Shown here one piece after another: positions 6,377-15,400 of a DNA stretch of 25,887 nucleotides. A model generated the notes under the pieces. The model saw only the letters and a list, made by a program, of their open reading frames with translations, was not told the origin of the DNA and did not search any database. Made by a program: the position numbers and the translations under genes. Positions within the stretch are counted from its first letter, which is position 1, and every line of letters starts with the position of its first letter. The stretch is from a virus (Duplodnaviria > Caudoviricetes), in the IMG/VR virus record IMGVR_UViG_3300020045_001767, positions 1 to 25,887 of that record. The stretch is one strand, 5' to 3'.

Positions 6377-6521
6377 AATATTATATTAATTAACCTTCTA
6401 TTGTTCCTCCGTTTAAAGTACTAACTAAATCATCTTCCCCTAATGCAATAATATCATTTTTCATAATTTATAATTTTTTGTTATTTAAGTTTTTAGTGCT
6501 TTTTCTTAAATAGTTAATTTC

Positions 6522-6725
6522 TTATTTAAGTTTATCTTCTAAAACCTGTTTAATTAAAATACAATCTTCGTACATTTCGTGTTTTTCAAACTTCTGCAAA
6601 GCACATTGCAAGTCTCTTACATGCGTACCTTCAAAATCAATCTCTAGCCACTGATTAAAATCTTTAATTAAAGGTCTTAAAATTGGAGGTGGTAAAATTG
6701 ATTCGTATGATGGGTTTATGTTCAT
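6522..6725 (-). CDS. Hypothetical protein (67 aa)
   Basis: ORF track; TAATG coupling to the endolysin stop. Confidence 0.7.
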   Translation of the reverse strand: MNINPSYESILPPPILRPLIKDFNQWLEIDFEGTHVRDLQCALQKFEKHEMYEDCILIKQVLEDKLK

Positions 6726-7189
6726 TATTCCTTTATTTCAAAGTGCATCCAATCATAATTTTTTTCACGCCCTAAGTTGACAAATCCATATTTATAAAAT
6801 ATATCAATCATTGGCTTATATTCTTTTCTTGCAAATCGAGCCGTTTTAGATGTTTCTTTTAATAAATTACGTTCTGGATCTAAATCTATTGCGATACCCC
6901 AAGAATGACGAGAATAATCGTTACCACCTCTCATTTTACGAAAGTTAAAACAACCTCCATAAACATCAATTTGTAATTCTTTTATTTTTTCAATTCCGTA
7001 GTAGTGTAGAATTTCTTTAAATATCAATTCAAGTTTATCAACTACTAATTTATGACATTGGATTTTATTTACATAAACATTTTTATCCCAAGCTAGTTTC
7101 ATTGGATAAGGCAGTTTTAAAGTCGTTAAATACTTTGGATTTTCAGTAGGAAAACCGTATTTTTTAATAGCTTCTTGTGTAGTTATCAT
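6725..7189 (-). CDS. Endolysin, M15 family zinc peptidase (L-Ala-D-Glu peptidase-like)
   Basis: SRHSWGIAIDL and DWMHFE zinc-binding motifs; located after holin-like genes. Confidence 0.9.
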   Translation of the reverse strand: MITTQEAIKKYGFPTENPKYLTTLKLPYPMKLAWDKNVYVNKIQCHKLVVDKLELIFKEILHYYGIEKIKELQIDVYGGCFNFRKMRGGNDYSRHSWGIAIDLDPERNLLKETSKTARFARKEYKPMIDIFYKYGFVNLGREKNYDWMHFEIKE

Positions 7190-7494
7190 TTTTCATCTTT
7201 TTTAGGTTCAATAAATTCTTTATTCCATTTTTTATAAAAGTGATTATCTTGTTTTTCTCTTAATTCTTGCTCTAATATTTGGCTTTTAATCCTTGAATCC
7301 CTTATGTATGTTCTTAATTTATAATAAGCAAAAAATACAGCTATCAGAGTCATTAAAAACTGCAATAGATTAGTTGCATTAGATAAGTAGAATTCTCCAA
7401 AGGTAATTTTTTTTGCTACATCAATAAGCGTAAAACTATAAAAAACAAAAAAACAGTAATTAAGTGCGTTGAAAAGAAATTTTATTGTTTGCAT
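7186..7494 (-). CDS. Membrane protein, holin/antiholin candidate (102 aa)
   Basis: Two hydrophobic segments and a charged C-terminus; adjacent to the endolysin. Confidence 0.6.
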   Translation of the reverse strand: MQTIKFLFNALNYCFFVFYSFTLIDVAKKITFGEFYLSNATNLLQFLMTLIAVFFAYYKLRTYIRDSRIKSQILEQELREKQDNHFYKKWNKEFIEPKKDEK

Positions 7495-7843
7495 AGGCGA
7501 AAATCATAAAAGATAACGGTATTTTCAAAAGGTAAAATAAATTACCCATTAATCCCAAAAATACAAAATCTAAACCATTAATAATAAATAAAAATAAAGC
7601 TATTTGTTTTGTAATGAAATCTAATTTTACAAAAGCTAAAAAATAAAATACAACTCCTATAATTATTATATTGGAATAATCTTCCAACACGTTACACAAG
7701 AATTTTTTATTATCAGAAAATAAAGCATATCTAACTTTTAAATCTGAATTGTAAAATACCGCCTTCACTTCTGAAAGCGGTACTAATGAAAGCAATATTA
7801 AATGCCTACTTCTCATCTTTGTCAACTGGAGGTTTTGAGCCAC
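7460..7843 (-). CDS. Multi-pass membrane protein in the lysis module (true start possibly MRSRH)
   Basis: Three to four hydrophobic segments. Confidence 0.6.
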   Translation of the reverse strand: MAQNLQLTKMRSRHLILLSLVPLSEVKAVFYNSDLKVRYALFSDNKKFLCNVLEDYSNIIIIGVVFYFLAFVKLDFITKQIALFLFIINGLDFVFLGLMGNLFYLLKIPLSFMIFAYANNKISFQRT

Positions 7844-8069
7844 CTATTAACGCATCTACTTTATCTTGTAGCTTATCAGGATTTTGAGTAGGAAGTTGAA
7901 CTTTTAATTTGTAGACCCCGTAAAGTCCAAACAAAACTTTTAAAATACCTATCCATTTTTCAGAAATCCCGATTTCTAACAAGAAAGGATTTAAAACCTC
8001 GAACCCTTGATCTAAAATAATTAATGCAAATCCCACGATTGCAAACCACCAATTTTTTAAAGTATTCAT
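7806..8069 (-). CDS. Holin candidate (87 aa)
   Basis: Two TM segments and a charged C-terminal tail; first gene of the lysis module. Confidence 0.6.
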   Translation of the reverse strand: MNTLKNWWFAIVGFALIILDQGFEVLNPFLLEIGISEKWIGILKVLFGLYGVYKLKVQLPTQNPDKLQDKVDALIGGSKPPVDKDEK

Positions 8070-8092
8070 ATTTATTTATTTAAAGTTAATTA

Positions 8093-10972
8093 TTAATGTG
8101 CTACCCAGTTTGTACCGTTGTAAAAAACTGGCGTTACTACAGCCCCACCGCCTACAACCGTAGCCATGTATGTAGGTGCTAAAGCGTCTGTAACATAAGC
8201 CATTGCTCCTATAACGCCTGTTGGTAAAGTTGAAACTGTATATGCTTTTAATTCTATAGTTCCTGTCATCGTTAATTTAGGCATAGTAAACTCGCCTAGT
8301 TGATTAACTTTAGCAGTTAAAACACCATTTTTTGTATATTGGAATAAATCTCCCGTAGCTGTAGTGGCTGAGTTAGCTTTATAAGCCACACCAGACGAGC
8401 CTGTTGTTGCATCCATATATATCCCTGTTCCATTATTTGGCATAGCGCTAATAAATGTTCCTGCTCCAGAAAAATTCCTTCCTTCAATCCCATTTCCAGT
8501 AGAAGTGTTGTCTATATACAAAGTATAAGATGTGTCCCCAGAGGAAGCAAATATCCTTTTAAACGATGTATTAGCTGAAAAATCTTTAGCTCCTGTTATT
8601 GTTTGGCTTCCTGCTAATTTTACATTTCCCGCATCTGTTGCAGTCACAAAAGCAGTAGTTGCAACGCTTGTGTCATTATCACCTAAAGTTGGAGTTGGTG
8701 CTGTTGGATTTCCTGTTAAAGTAGGAGAAACCAAAGGCGCAAAATTAGTTGTTATATAATCTCTTCTAGTTAATTGATTGTTAGATGTTGGCTGAGAGTT
8801 TCCTAATGTAGTCGTTCCGCTTGAAACTGTTCCTGTTGCTTGAATATCATTTATCCCATCATTAACAGACCCGCCAACTAATAGTCTGCCCCACCATCTA
8901 CCAAAAGTAGTTGTTGAATTTCCAAAAACACTTGTATTTGACCCTAAACCTATCCCACTATAAGCTACAACCAATTGATTTGTTTGATTATCTCCTAACG
9001 GTCTTGCATCATAACCTACAAACGTTGAATTGTTTGTTATCGTTACGTTTCCACCGCTTGAAATTGTTTTCCCAGCGTCTTTTCCTATAGATGTATTTCT
9101 TGATCCAGTAGTGTTTCCAAACAAAGCTCCAAAACCAAAACCAGCATTATCAGACCCAGTATTCGCAAACATAGATTGTGCTCCTACGCTTGAATTATTG
9201 TTCCCTGATACATTAGCAAGTAATGAAGCCCCCCCTAATGCCGTATTACTACTTCCTCCTAAGTTACTACGTAAAGCATCTGTTCCTACTGCTAAATTAC
9301 TACTTCCAGTAGTGTTGTCTCTCAAAGACCCCGCACCAATAGCTAGTAAGCCCGTCCCTGTAGTATTTGACATAATTGCATTAACACCCATTTTTTGATT
9401 CGAACCTATATTTCCGCTCCCTTTACCGATAGCCACACCGTTAAAGCTACTGTCTGATCCTGTAGATATAGACCCGCTTCTTGATATTGGGGCACTTTTA
9501 TTATTACCCGAGTCTCTATTTGGGTCTGATACTAAGTTAAAATTTGATGTTGCGAGAACTACTTTAGTTACATAACCAGCTGGACTCGTGATGTAGACCC
9601 ATGTACTAGCATCTGTCCCAATATAAAGATTATTTACATTTAATTTTAAAGCATTGTCATTTGTTATAGGTGGATTATTTAAATCAAAAATAGTAGCTGC
9701 CGTAGGGCTTGTGGCATTTACATAAACGATATTAGAGTACGTAGTAGGCAGTACCGAATTTATTGCATCAACTGTAGGATATTTTGTTCCTGTTCCGTCT
9801 ACTACCAAAGAGTTTTGTTTATTAGCAACGTTTTCTGGAGTATAGCCTAAAGCACTAACAATATTAGCGAAATTCAAAGTAACACCGCCAGAAGCAACAC
9901 CTCCAAATTTCTGAGCTTCTAATATATCTGCATCCGCAACCGTCTGTAAAGAGGTTGTTGTATTTCGCATTATAATATAAGCTCTTATAATTCCGTTCTC
10001 TTTTGAGTTTGGTTCTAAGACAAAGTTTCTGAGAAATATTGCATTTTTAGCACTCGATAAATCATCATAATAATTTTGACCGTATTGAATCCTTGTAACT
10101 CCACTTTGAAACATCGTTACTGTTTGAATAGTAAATTTATTATTTGGTACAGATGTTAAAACATTATTTAAATCATACAAAGCAGGATCTAAATTTATCC
10201 TGTCACTTCCCTCTGTACCGTTTTGTGTTCTATATCTAAACGTTAAAGATGTTCCTGATGTTTGTGCTAATTCATGAGGGTTTTTCCAATCATTTACAAA
10301 GTTTGAACCTAATTTAAATATTAATCCTGCACTTTTATTTAACTGTAAATTAGCTCCATTAGCCGTATATTTATTGCCAGTTAAGTTCAACGCTCCAACC
10401 GCCTCAATAAAGTCGTGTAATTGGTTTGTACTTGCGTTTGTAGGTGCTGAAATATTGTTAATTACATTTATTGTAGTTAAGTTACTATGTATAACTGCGC
10501 CTAATACAATTAAAGAGCGTCTTTGCTCTGGCGTAAATGGTGTAGCTTGCATTACTACTGAGGCTGTATTATTTATAGCTACATAGGTAATTGTACCTGT
10601 AAGTAGGTAAGTTGGCGTAATTCCTGTAAAGGCAGGAAAATTAATTATCGTGCTTGTAGGATTTTCTGGGTCATCAAAGTTTGAAATTATCCCTATTCCT
10701 GCTGTGATATTAAATTTTGTAGGATCTCCGTTAGCTGAGATTAAACCGTTTTTAATTAATCCTGTAGAAAGGAATGCTTTTTTACCTTGAAGGTCTTCAA
10801 GTAATATTTTTCCATAAGTTCCATCTGCTCCAACTGTACCTAAATAAGTTGGTGTAGTTACCGTCTGAGTAGAATTGTTTTTAATCCCATAGTCAAATTC
10901 TTGTTCCATTCCACTAGAAACTTGACCGTACATTGAAACGGTGCATAATAAAAGAAATAGTATTTTTTTCAT
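8093..10972 (-). CDS. Tail fibre/adhesin-like protein (959 aa) with N-terminal signal peptide
   Basis: Tail-fibre motif SPTLTGNPTAPTP..DNDTSVATTAFV; ~14-aa NTTG..N.A.G..AL repeats; last gene of the tail cluster. Confidence 0.75.
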   Translation of the reverse strand: MKKILFLLLCTVSMYGQVSSGMEQEFDYGIKNNSTQTVTTPTYLGTVGADGTYGKILLEDLQGKKAFLSTGLIKNGLISANGDPTKFNITAGIGIISNFDDPENPTSTIINFPAFTGITPTYLLTGTITYVAINNTASVVMQATPFTPEQRRSLIVLGAVIHSNLTTINVINNISAPTNASTNQLHDFIEAVGALNLTGNKYTANGANLQLNKSAGLIFKLGSNFVNDWKNPHELAQTSGTSLTFRYRTQNGTEGSDRINLDPALYDLNNVLTSVPNNKFTIQTVTMFQSGVTRIQYGQNYYDDLSSAKNAIFLRNFVLEPNSKENGIIRAYIIMRNTTTSLQTVADADILEAQKFGGVASGGVTLNFANIVSALGYTPENVANKQNSLVVDGTGTKYPTVDAINSVLPTTYSNIVYVNATSPTAATIFDLNNPPITNDNALKLNVNNLYIGTDASTWVYITSPAGYVTKVVLATSNFNLVSDPNRDSGNNKSAPISRSGSISTGSDSSFNGVAIGKGSGNIGSNQKMGVNAIMSNTTGTGLLAIGAGSLRDNTTGSSNLAVGTDALRSNLGGSSNTALGGASLLANVSGNNNSSVGAQSMFANTGSDNAGFGFGALFGNTTGSRNTSIGKDAGKTISSGGNVTITNNSTFVGYDARPLGDNQTNQLVVAYSGIGLGSNTSVFGNSTTTFGRWWGRLLVGGSVNDGINDIQATGTVSSGTTTLGNSQPTSNNQLTRRDYITTNFAPLVSPTLTGNPTAPTPTLGDNDTSVATTAFVTATDAGNVKLAGSQTITGAKDFSANTSFKRIFASSGDTSYTLYIDNTSTGNGIEGRNFSGAGTFISAMPNNGTGIYMDATTGSSGVAYKANSATTATGDLFQYTKNGVLTAKVNQLGEFTMPKLTMTGTIELKAYTVSTLPTGVIGAMAYVTDALAPTYMATVVGGGAVVTPVFYNGTNWVAH

Positions 10973-10973
10973 G

Positions 10974-11666
10974 TTATTTAGATATTATATAAATGTAATT
11001 ATTTACTGCTGTTGCTTTTGTTAATGTTACTACATCGCCTGTTTGCGACCATCTATTAACTAATGATAAATTATTTCCTGTTGTTTTATAATGAGGTTGT
11101 CCATTAACTAAAACTGTTATTGCTTTGTGTCCTGTAGGTATTGTAAAAGTTTGCGTAGAAGCTATCGTAACTACTACATCTGTTACCGTAAAGATATTAC
11201 CATCAGAAACATCTGCCTTTAGTGATAACGCATTAAAAATAGCATTCTCACTCGGAGTAGTTGTTGTAAATCCACTTCTTATAAATTGTGTAATTCCTGC
11301 TAATTCTACATTAACAGGAATTTCTACGCCTATAAACCAAAACGAACCATTACTAACTAGTGCGTTTAATTCTTCTGTACAAATAATTGTAGAACCACCT
11401 GCAACATTATAAAATGTTCCTTTACCCACTAAAATAAATTCCTGTATAGATGTCGTCGGCAATGTTTGACCGTCTGTAACTGATATTGCACGAAAACCAA
11501 CTCCATCACTTGCTCCGATATATGCTCCTATAAAAACAGCTAATTCTTCAATTGTACCACGTTTTAAATCAGTTCCGACTTCATGTGGTACGTTATCGGT
11601 TAAATTAAACGGTTCGCTTGGTAACTCTCCTATTCTTATTGTGGTTATTTCTATTGGGTCTATCAT
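10974..11666 (-). CDS. Tail-associated structural protein (230 aa)
   Basis: Position in the tail cluster; N-terminus paralogous to 11663..12229. Confidence 0.65.
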   Translation of the reverse strand: MIDPIEITTIRIGELPSEPFNLTDNVPHEVGTDLKRGTIEELAVFIGAYIGASDGVGFRAISVTDGQTLPTTSIQEFILVGKGTFYNVAGGSTIICTEELNALVSNGSFWFIGVEIPVNVELAGITQFIRSGFTTTTPSENAIFNALSLKADVSDGNIFTVTDVVVTIASTQTFTIPTGHKAITVLVNGQPHYKTTGNNLSLVNRWSQTGDVVTLTKATAVNNYIYIISK

Positions 11667-12229
11667 AATTTCATCATATATAATTGCACAATAGAAGGGT
11701 GGTAGTTTTTATTTACGCCTGTTTCTCCTGTTGTTCCTGTATTAATAATTCCAGAACCAGAAAAAGATGTAGCTCCACCTCCAGAGCCTCCATTTTGAGC
11801 AACAAATTTATCGTTATCAGCTCCAGAAATGTTAGATATTTTAGCGGTATGTGTATGGCTAACTACTACAGAATCAGCACTACCAACTTGAAGTCCTACA
11901 AAATTGTAATTAGCTCCATAACCAATTCCGCTTCTGCCGTCTAAATTTTCAGTACCATTATTTCCGTTACATATTGCAAAACCTAAACAAAGATTTGTTC
12001 CTAGTCCTGTAGCGTCAAAATTATCAGTAATATACTGAGAATCTACACTCATTCTTACCACTTCATATTGCAATTTACCAACTAATGGGCGTAATAAATC
12101 TAAAAGCTGTTGTATCGTTCCGCTTTTTAATAATCCATCAATCTCGTGAGGAATTAAACTATCGAGAGTTAATGGTTCTGGTGGTAATTCACCTACGCTT
12201 GTGGTCGTTATTAAATTTGGGTATATCAT
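11663..12229 (-). CDS. Tail collar/short fibre-like protein (188 aa)
   Basis: GFAICNGNNGTENLDGR...HTH...NYHPSIVQLYMMKL resembles phage tail-collar domain proteins. Confidence 0.7.
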   Translation of the reverse strand: MIYPNLITTTSVGELPPEPLTLDSLIPHEIDGLLKSGTIQQLLDLLRPLVGKLQYEVVRMSVDSQYITDNFDATGLGTNLCLGFAICNGNNGTENLDGRSGIGYGANYNFVGLQVGSADSVVVSHTHTAKISNISGADNDKFVAQNGGSGGGATSFSGSGIINTGTTGETGVNKNYHPSIVQLYMMKL

Positions 12230-12738
12230 ATCTCGTTAGTTCTTATTATTACATTAGGGTCTCCATTATTTATTACAATATTTGGGTCTCCATTATTTAA
12301 AACTGTTGTTCCTAAACTTGCAGTTAAAGGCTTGTGAAATCCAATTGCTGAACCACTAAAAGAAATAAACTCGCCTACAGGATTTGGGTCTGAAAGGTCT
12401 GAAATATAGCATTTACCATAATCAACAATTGGATAAATAGTTCCTTGAAACTTCCAATCTAAAAGCGTTCTACTTCTTTTTAACTGTCTTAATTTATCTA
12501 AACTAGCCACTCCGAAATTACCACCCGCAACCGTTGTGTTTAATTGTAGTCCTGCAAAACTAATAATGTACGATTGTCCTATAGGTCGTGAAGTATTCCA
12601 ACCTTCATTATCTCTTGTGGTTGTATCTATAAACTCGCTCGTTTCTTCTAATGAATTTTCAGTTAAGCAACCAACAGGCAACCAAGCGTTATTCACTTTA
12701 AAATACAGAATCCTATCTTCTCCTTTTATAAAATCCAT
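12226..12738 (-). CDS. Tail tube protein paralogue (170 aa)
   Basis: IKGEDRILY...PVGCLTENS aligns by eye with IKGELGILY...PIACLTSNS of 17932..18372. Confidence 0.7.
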   Translation of the reverse strand: MDFIKGEDRILYFKVNNAWLPVGCLTENSLEETSEFIDTTTRDNEGWNTSRPIGQSYIISFAGLQLNTTVAGGNFGVASLDKLRQLKRSRTLLDWKFQGTIYPIVDYGKCYISDLSDPNPVGEFISFSGSAIGFHKPLTASLGTTVLNNGDPNIVINNGDPNVIIRTNEI

Positions 12739-14972
12739 TAGCCTATTATTGTTGGTTTAACTGTATTTCCATAATCAAACGTAAATTTATACATAATATC
12801 TGGTATTTCCGCTGAATACAACTCTAAAAGTTTAAAATCAACAATGTTTGCTTTTGTATCATACGAATATTCAACAGGAAAGAATTTACCGTTTAGATTA
12901 TTTATTGCTATGAATGACAAATAAGGTAAGTAACCAAATATAGAACCTGTAAACTGTTTTAATGGTTTTTGTCCTATTCTTAATTCTTCTTCAGCTGCTA
13001 TTCTTAATAATGGGTAACTTTCAAAACTACCTTTTCTTGACCACGTTTGCGTCGTGTCTAATCCGTTTTCTTTATAGATTGCGCCTAAATAAATAATTCC
13101 TGCGTTATCTCCGTTTGAAACTGATTTGTTTTCTTTTACAATAGAACTTACTTTTTGCGTTCTTGAAACTGTATGAAATTCCCCTATTTCTGGTTTATCT
13201 CCAGTATTCGGTATTAAATCTAAACTACTAATTAAAGTTCTACCTAAGTTTGGATAAACTGTCATAATTGCAATAGTTAAATTTCCATCAGCTAAGAAAG
13301 TTGGTAAAACAACTTCTAAAGAACCTTCTCCATTTAACCACAAAGTATAAGTGTCACTTGCATTAGTTGTCCAAACTGCATTTATAGCATCGTCTATTGG
13401 AGTTGAACTGTTTGCAGGTGTATATTTTAAATAATAAATACCTTGTTGTATTCTCATTCTAATAAATCGTCCTGCTGTATCTCCTGCTCCATTAGTAACA
13501 GAGTATGACATTCTTAATTTTAAGAAATCCTGAACCACTACAGCTAAAACATCGCTTTTTACAATGTTAGTTGTGTTTCCAAAAGTAGAGTTTTGAATAG
13601 TAAAACCGCTTTGCCTTAATGGATCATTTATTAAAGGGAATGCATCTTCAACAGTCCATCCTTCGTAATTTAAATTTCCATCGTGAATTAACGAAGGATT
13701 TGGAAGTAAGCCACTAACAAACCCGTATTTATAACCTAATCTAAAAGCCGAAATACTACCTTTAATCTCGATTTTCTGATTACCACTGCAATGATGTGGA
13801 TAATAATTATCTAATTGACTACCTATGCTTTTATTTACGTTTATAGTAACGTTTCCGATATAATTATTTTCAATGTCATAACGACGAAATAACACATAAG
13901 GATTTGTATATATCTCATTAGGTTTAAAGATATACCATTCTCCGTTTTCTTGCGTTATACAAGCGCAAAATATATCCAAAACAGACTTTAAAACTTCTTC
14001 ACAACTCATTAAAGTACCATCTCCTGTAGATTGACCATCATTCTTAAAAAAACGGTCTGCATTCAATTGTATTTTAGTTAGTATATCTAAATTATCGGTA
14101 TATGTTAATCCATCGTATAAAGTATTTATAGATGTGTTTATAGGTAATAATATTCCTGTTCTTTTTAAGCAATTATAAACTATATCAGAAGCTTTCATTT
14201 TACCTATAAAACGAAATCCAGAAGGCTGAACAAATGATAAATTAGATAATGCTCCAAGTCCATCAACACAATCCAATGAAATTACCCATATATCCCTGAC
14301 AAAAGATTGAAAAACTCCATCTGGCTTAAGAAAACCTCTAAATAATATATTACTATTTTTATAGAATTTAACGACAAAATCCTGTTCGTTTTGAGTATAT
14401 AAATCTTCTAAAGTAACATCTAAACTTGCTTCTAATTCTAATGATAAACCTGTTCCTCTAATGCTGTCTAAATGGTCTTTAACGCTTCCCTTTTCGAGTG
14501 TTGCGCTTCCGTGTATTTCAGTGGCTATTCCTGTGTAATTCTTTTTGTAAATCTCACATAAAAAAGTATCGTTTACATTATTGGTGTATTGAAAAAAGTA
14601 TCTTAGTTTTAATAATTCTTCATCCGATACATCGGCAATAGTAAGATTAATGTTTACATCTGTTGCACCTGTTGAAATTACAGTGTTATCTGAATTTACT
14701 AATACTTCAATAGTATCATCAACTCTTTTGTATGAAATAGTAGGAGAAACCCAATTTGCAATTAAAAAAGAAAGTGTTTTATCTATTGTTTCTGATAATG
14801 TAGCTTCTAACTTCACAACATTAGGCGAAAAATCAGCAAGACCGTAATCAATATTTAATGATGTTTGACCGTTTGTATAAACAAGATTAATACTATCTAT
14901 AAGTATTGAGTAAATAAATCCATTGCCAATTGTTGGCTGTCCCGTGAATGATATTACTATTTTTTTTGCCAT
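12738..14972 (-). CDS. Tail tip/hub structural protein (744 aa)
   Basis: Large beta-rich ORF downstream of the tape measure; assignment is positional. Confidence 0.65.
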   Translation of the reverse strand: MAKKIVISFTGQPTIGNGFIYSILIDSINLVYTNGQTSLNIDYGLADFSPNVVKLEATLSETIDKTLSFLIANWVSPTISYKRVDDTIEVLVNSDNTVISTGATDVNINLTIADVSDEELLKLRYFFQYTNNVNDTFLCEIYKKNYTGIATEIHGSATLEKGSVKDHLDSIRGTGLSLELEASLDVTLEDLYTQNEQDFVVKFYKNSNILFRGFLKPDGVFQSFVRDIWVISLDCVDGLGALSNLSFVQPSGFRFIGKMKASDIVYNCLKRTGILLPINTSINTLYDGLTYTDNLDILTKIQLNADRFFKNDGQSTGDGTLMSCEEVLKSVLDIFCACITQENGEWYIFKPNEIYTNPYVLFRRYDIENNYIGNVTINVNKSIGSQLDNYYPHHCSGNQKIEIKGSISAFRLGYKYGFVSGLLPNPSLIHDGNLNYEGWTVEDAFPLINDPLRQSGFTIQNSTFGNTTNIVKSDVLAVVVQDFLKLRMSYSVTNGAGDTAGRFIRMRIQQGIYYLKYTPANSSTPIDDAINAVWTTNASDTYTLWLNGEGSLEVVLPTFLADGNLTIAIMTVYPNLGRTLISSLDLIPNTGDKPEIGEFHTVSRTQKVSSIVKENKSVSNGDNAGIIYLGAIYKENGLDTTQTWSRKGSFESYPLLRIAAEEELRIGQKPLKQFTGSIFGYLPYLSFIAINNLNGKFFPVEYSYDTKANIVDFKLLELYSAEIPDIMYKFTFDYGNTVKPTIIG

Positions 14973-14976
14973 GTGT

Positions 14977-14984
14977 CAAATATA
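14977..14984 (-). promoter_or_regulatory. -7 promoter box TATATTTG, 4 nt before the ATG
   Basis: Minus strand gTATATTTGacacATG. Confidence 0.6.
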
Positions 14985-14985
14985 C

Positions 14986-15015
14986 AAAAAAACCGATACA
15001 TTTCTATATCGGTTT
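14986..15015 (-). terminator. Intrinsic terminator
   Basis: Stem aaaccgata/tatcggttt with a T-run on the minus strand. Confidence 0.75.
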
Positions 15016-15033
15016 AAAGTTAGTTGTGATTTG

Positions 15034-15237
15034 CTATTTTATAAATTTATCTATTTCTATAGACAACTGTTTCAATAAACAATCTCTAGTGCTAATTTCT
15101 TCTTTGAAATCATATTTTTCAGCATCTTTTAGTATTTCAAACATTGTTTCAAATTCTTTTTTAGCAGGCTCTTGAAAAATTGTATACCCTAACGCCCCCT
15201 CTTTAATTTCTGATTTTCTGTTCCATTTAAAGCTCAT
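15034..15237 (-). CDS. Small hypothetical (moron-like) protein (67 aa)
   Basis: ORF track; lies between two terminators inside the tail cluster. Confidence 0.65.
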   Translation of the reverse strand: MSFKWNRKSEIKEGALGYTIFQEPAKKEFETMFEILKDAEKYDFKEEISTRDCLLKQLSIEIDKFIK

Positions 15238-15252
15238 AATATTTTTTAAATT

Positions 15253-15279
15253 AAAAAAGCACCCAATTAAAGGTGCTTT
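15253..15279 (-). terminator. Intrinsic terminator
   Basis: Stem aaagcacc/ggtgcttt with a T6 run on the minus strand. Confidence 0.7.
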
Positions 15280-15400
15280 AGGTTATTGTTTAGTTACGTA
15301 CTACTTCATACGTTGTTCTTAAGACCTACGAAATCTTAACTTCAATGATTGTTCTTGACTATGCAATAATACGACATTTCTTATTAAGAACAAATATAAA

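Noticed and set aside
8093-12229. Diversity-generating retroelement acting on the tail fibre
   Set aside because: No reverse transcriptase in the window and no template/variable repeat pair noticed.
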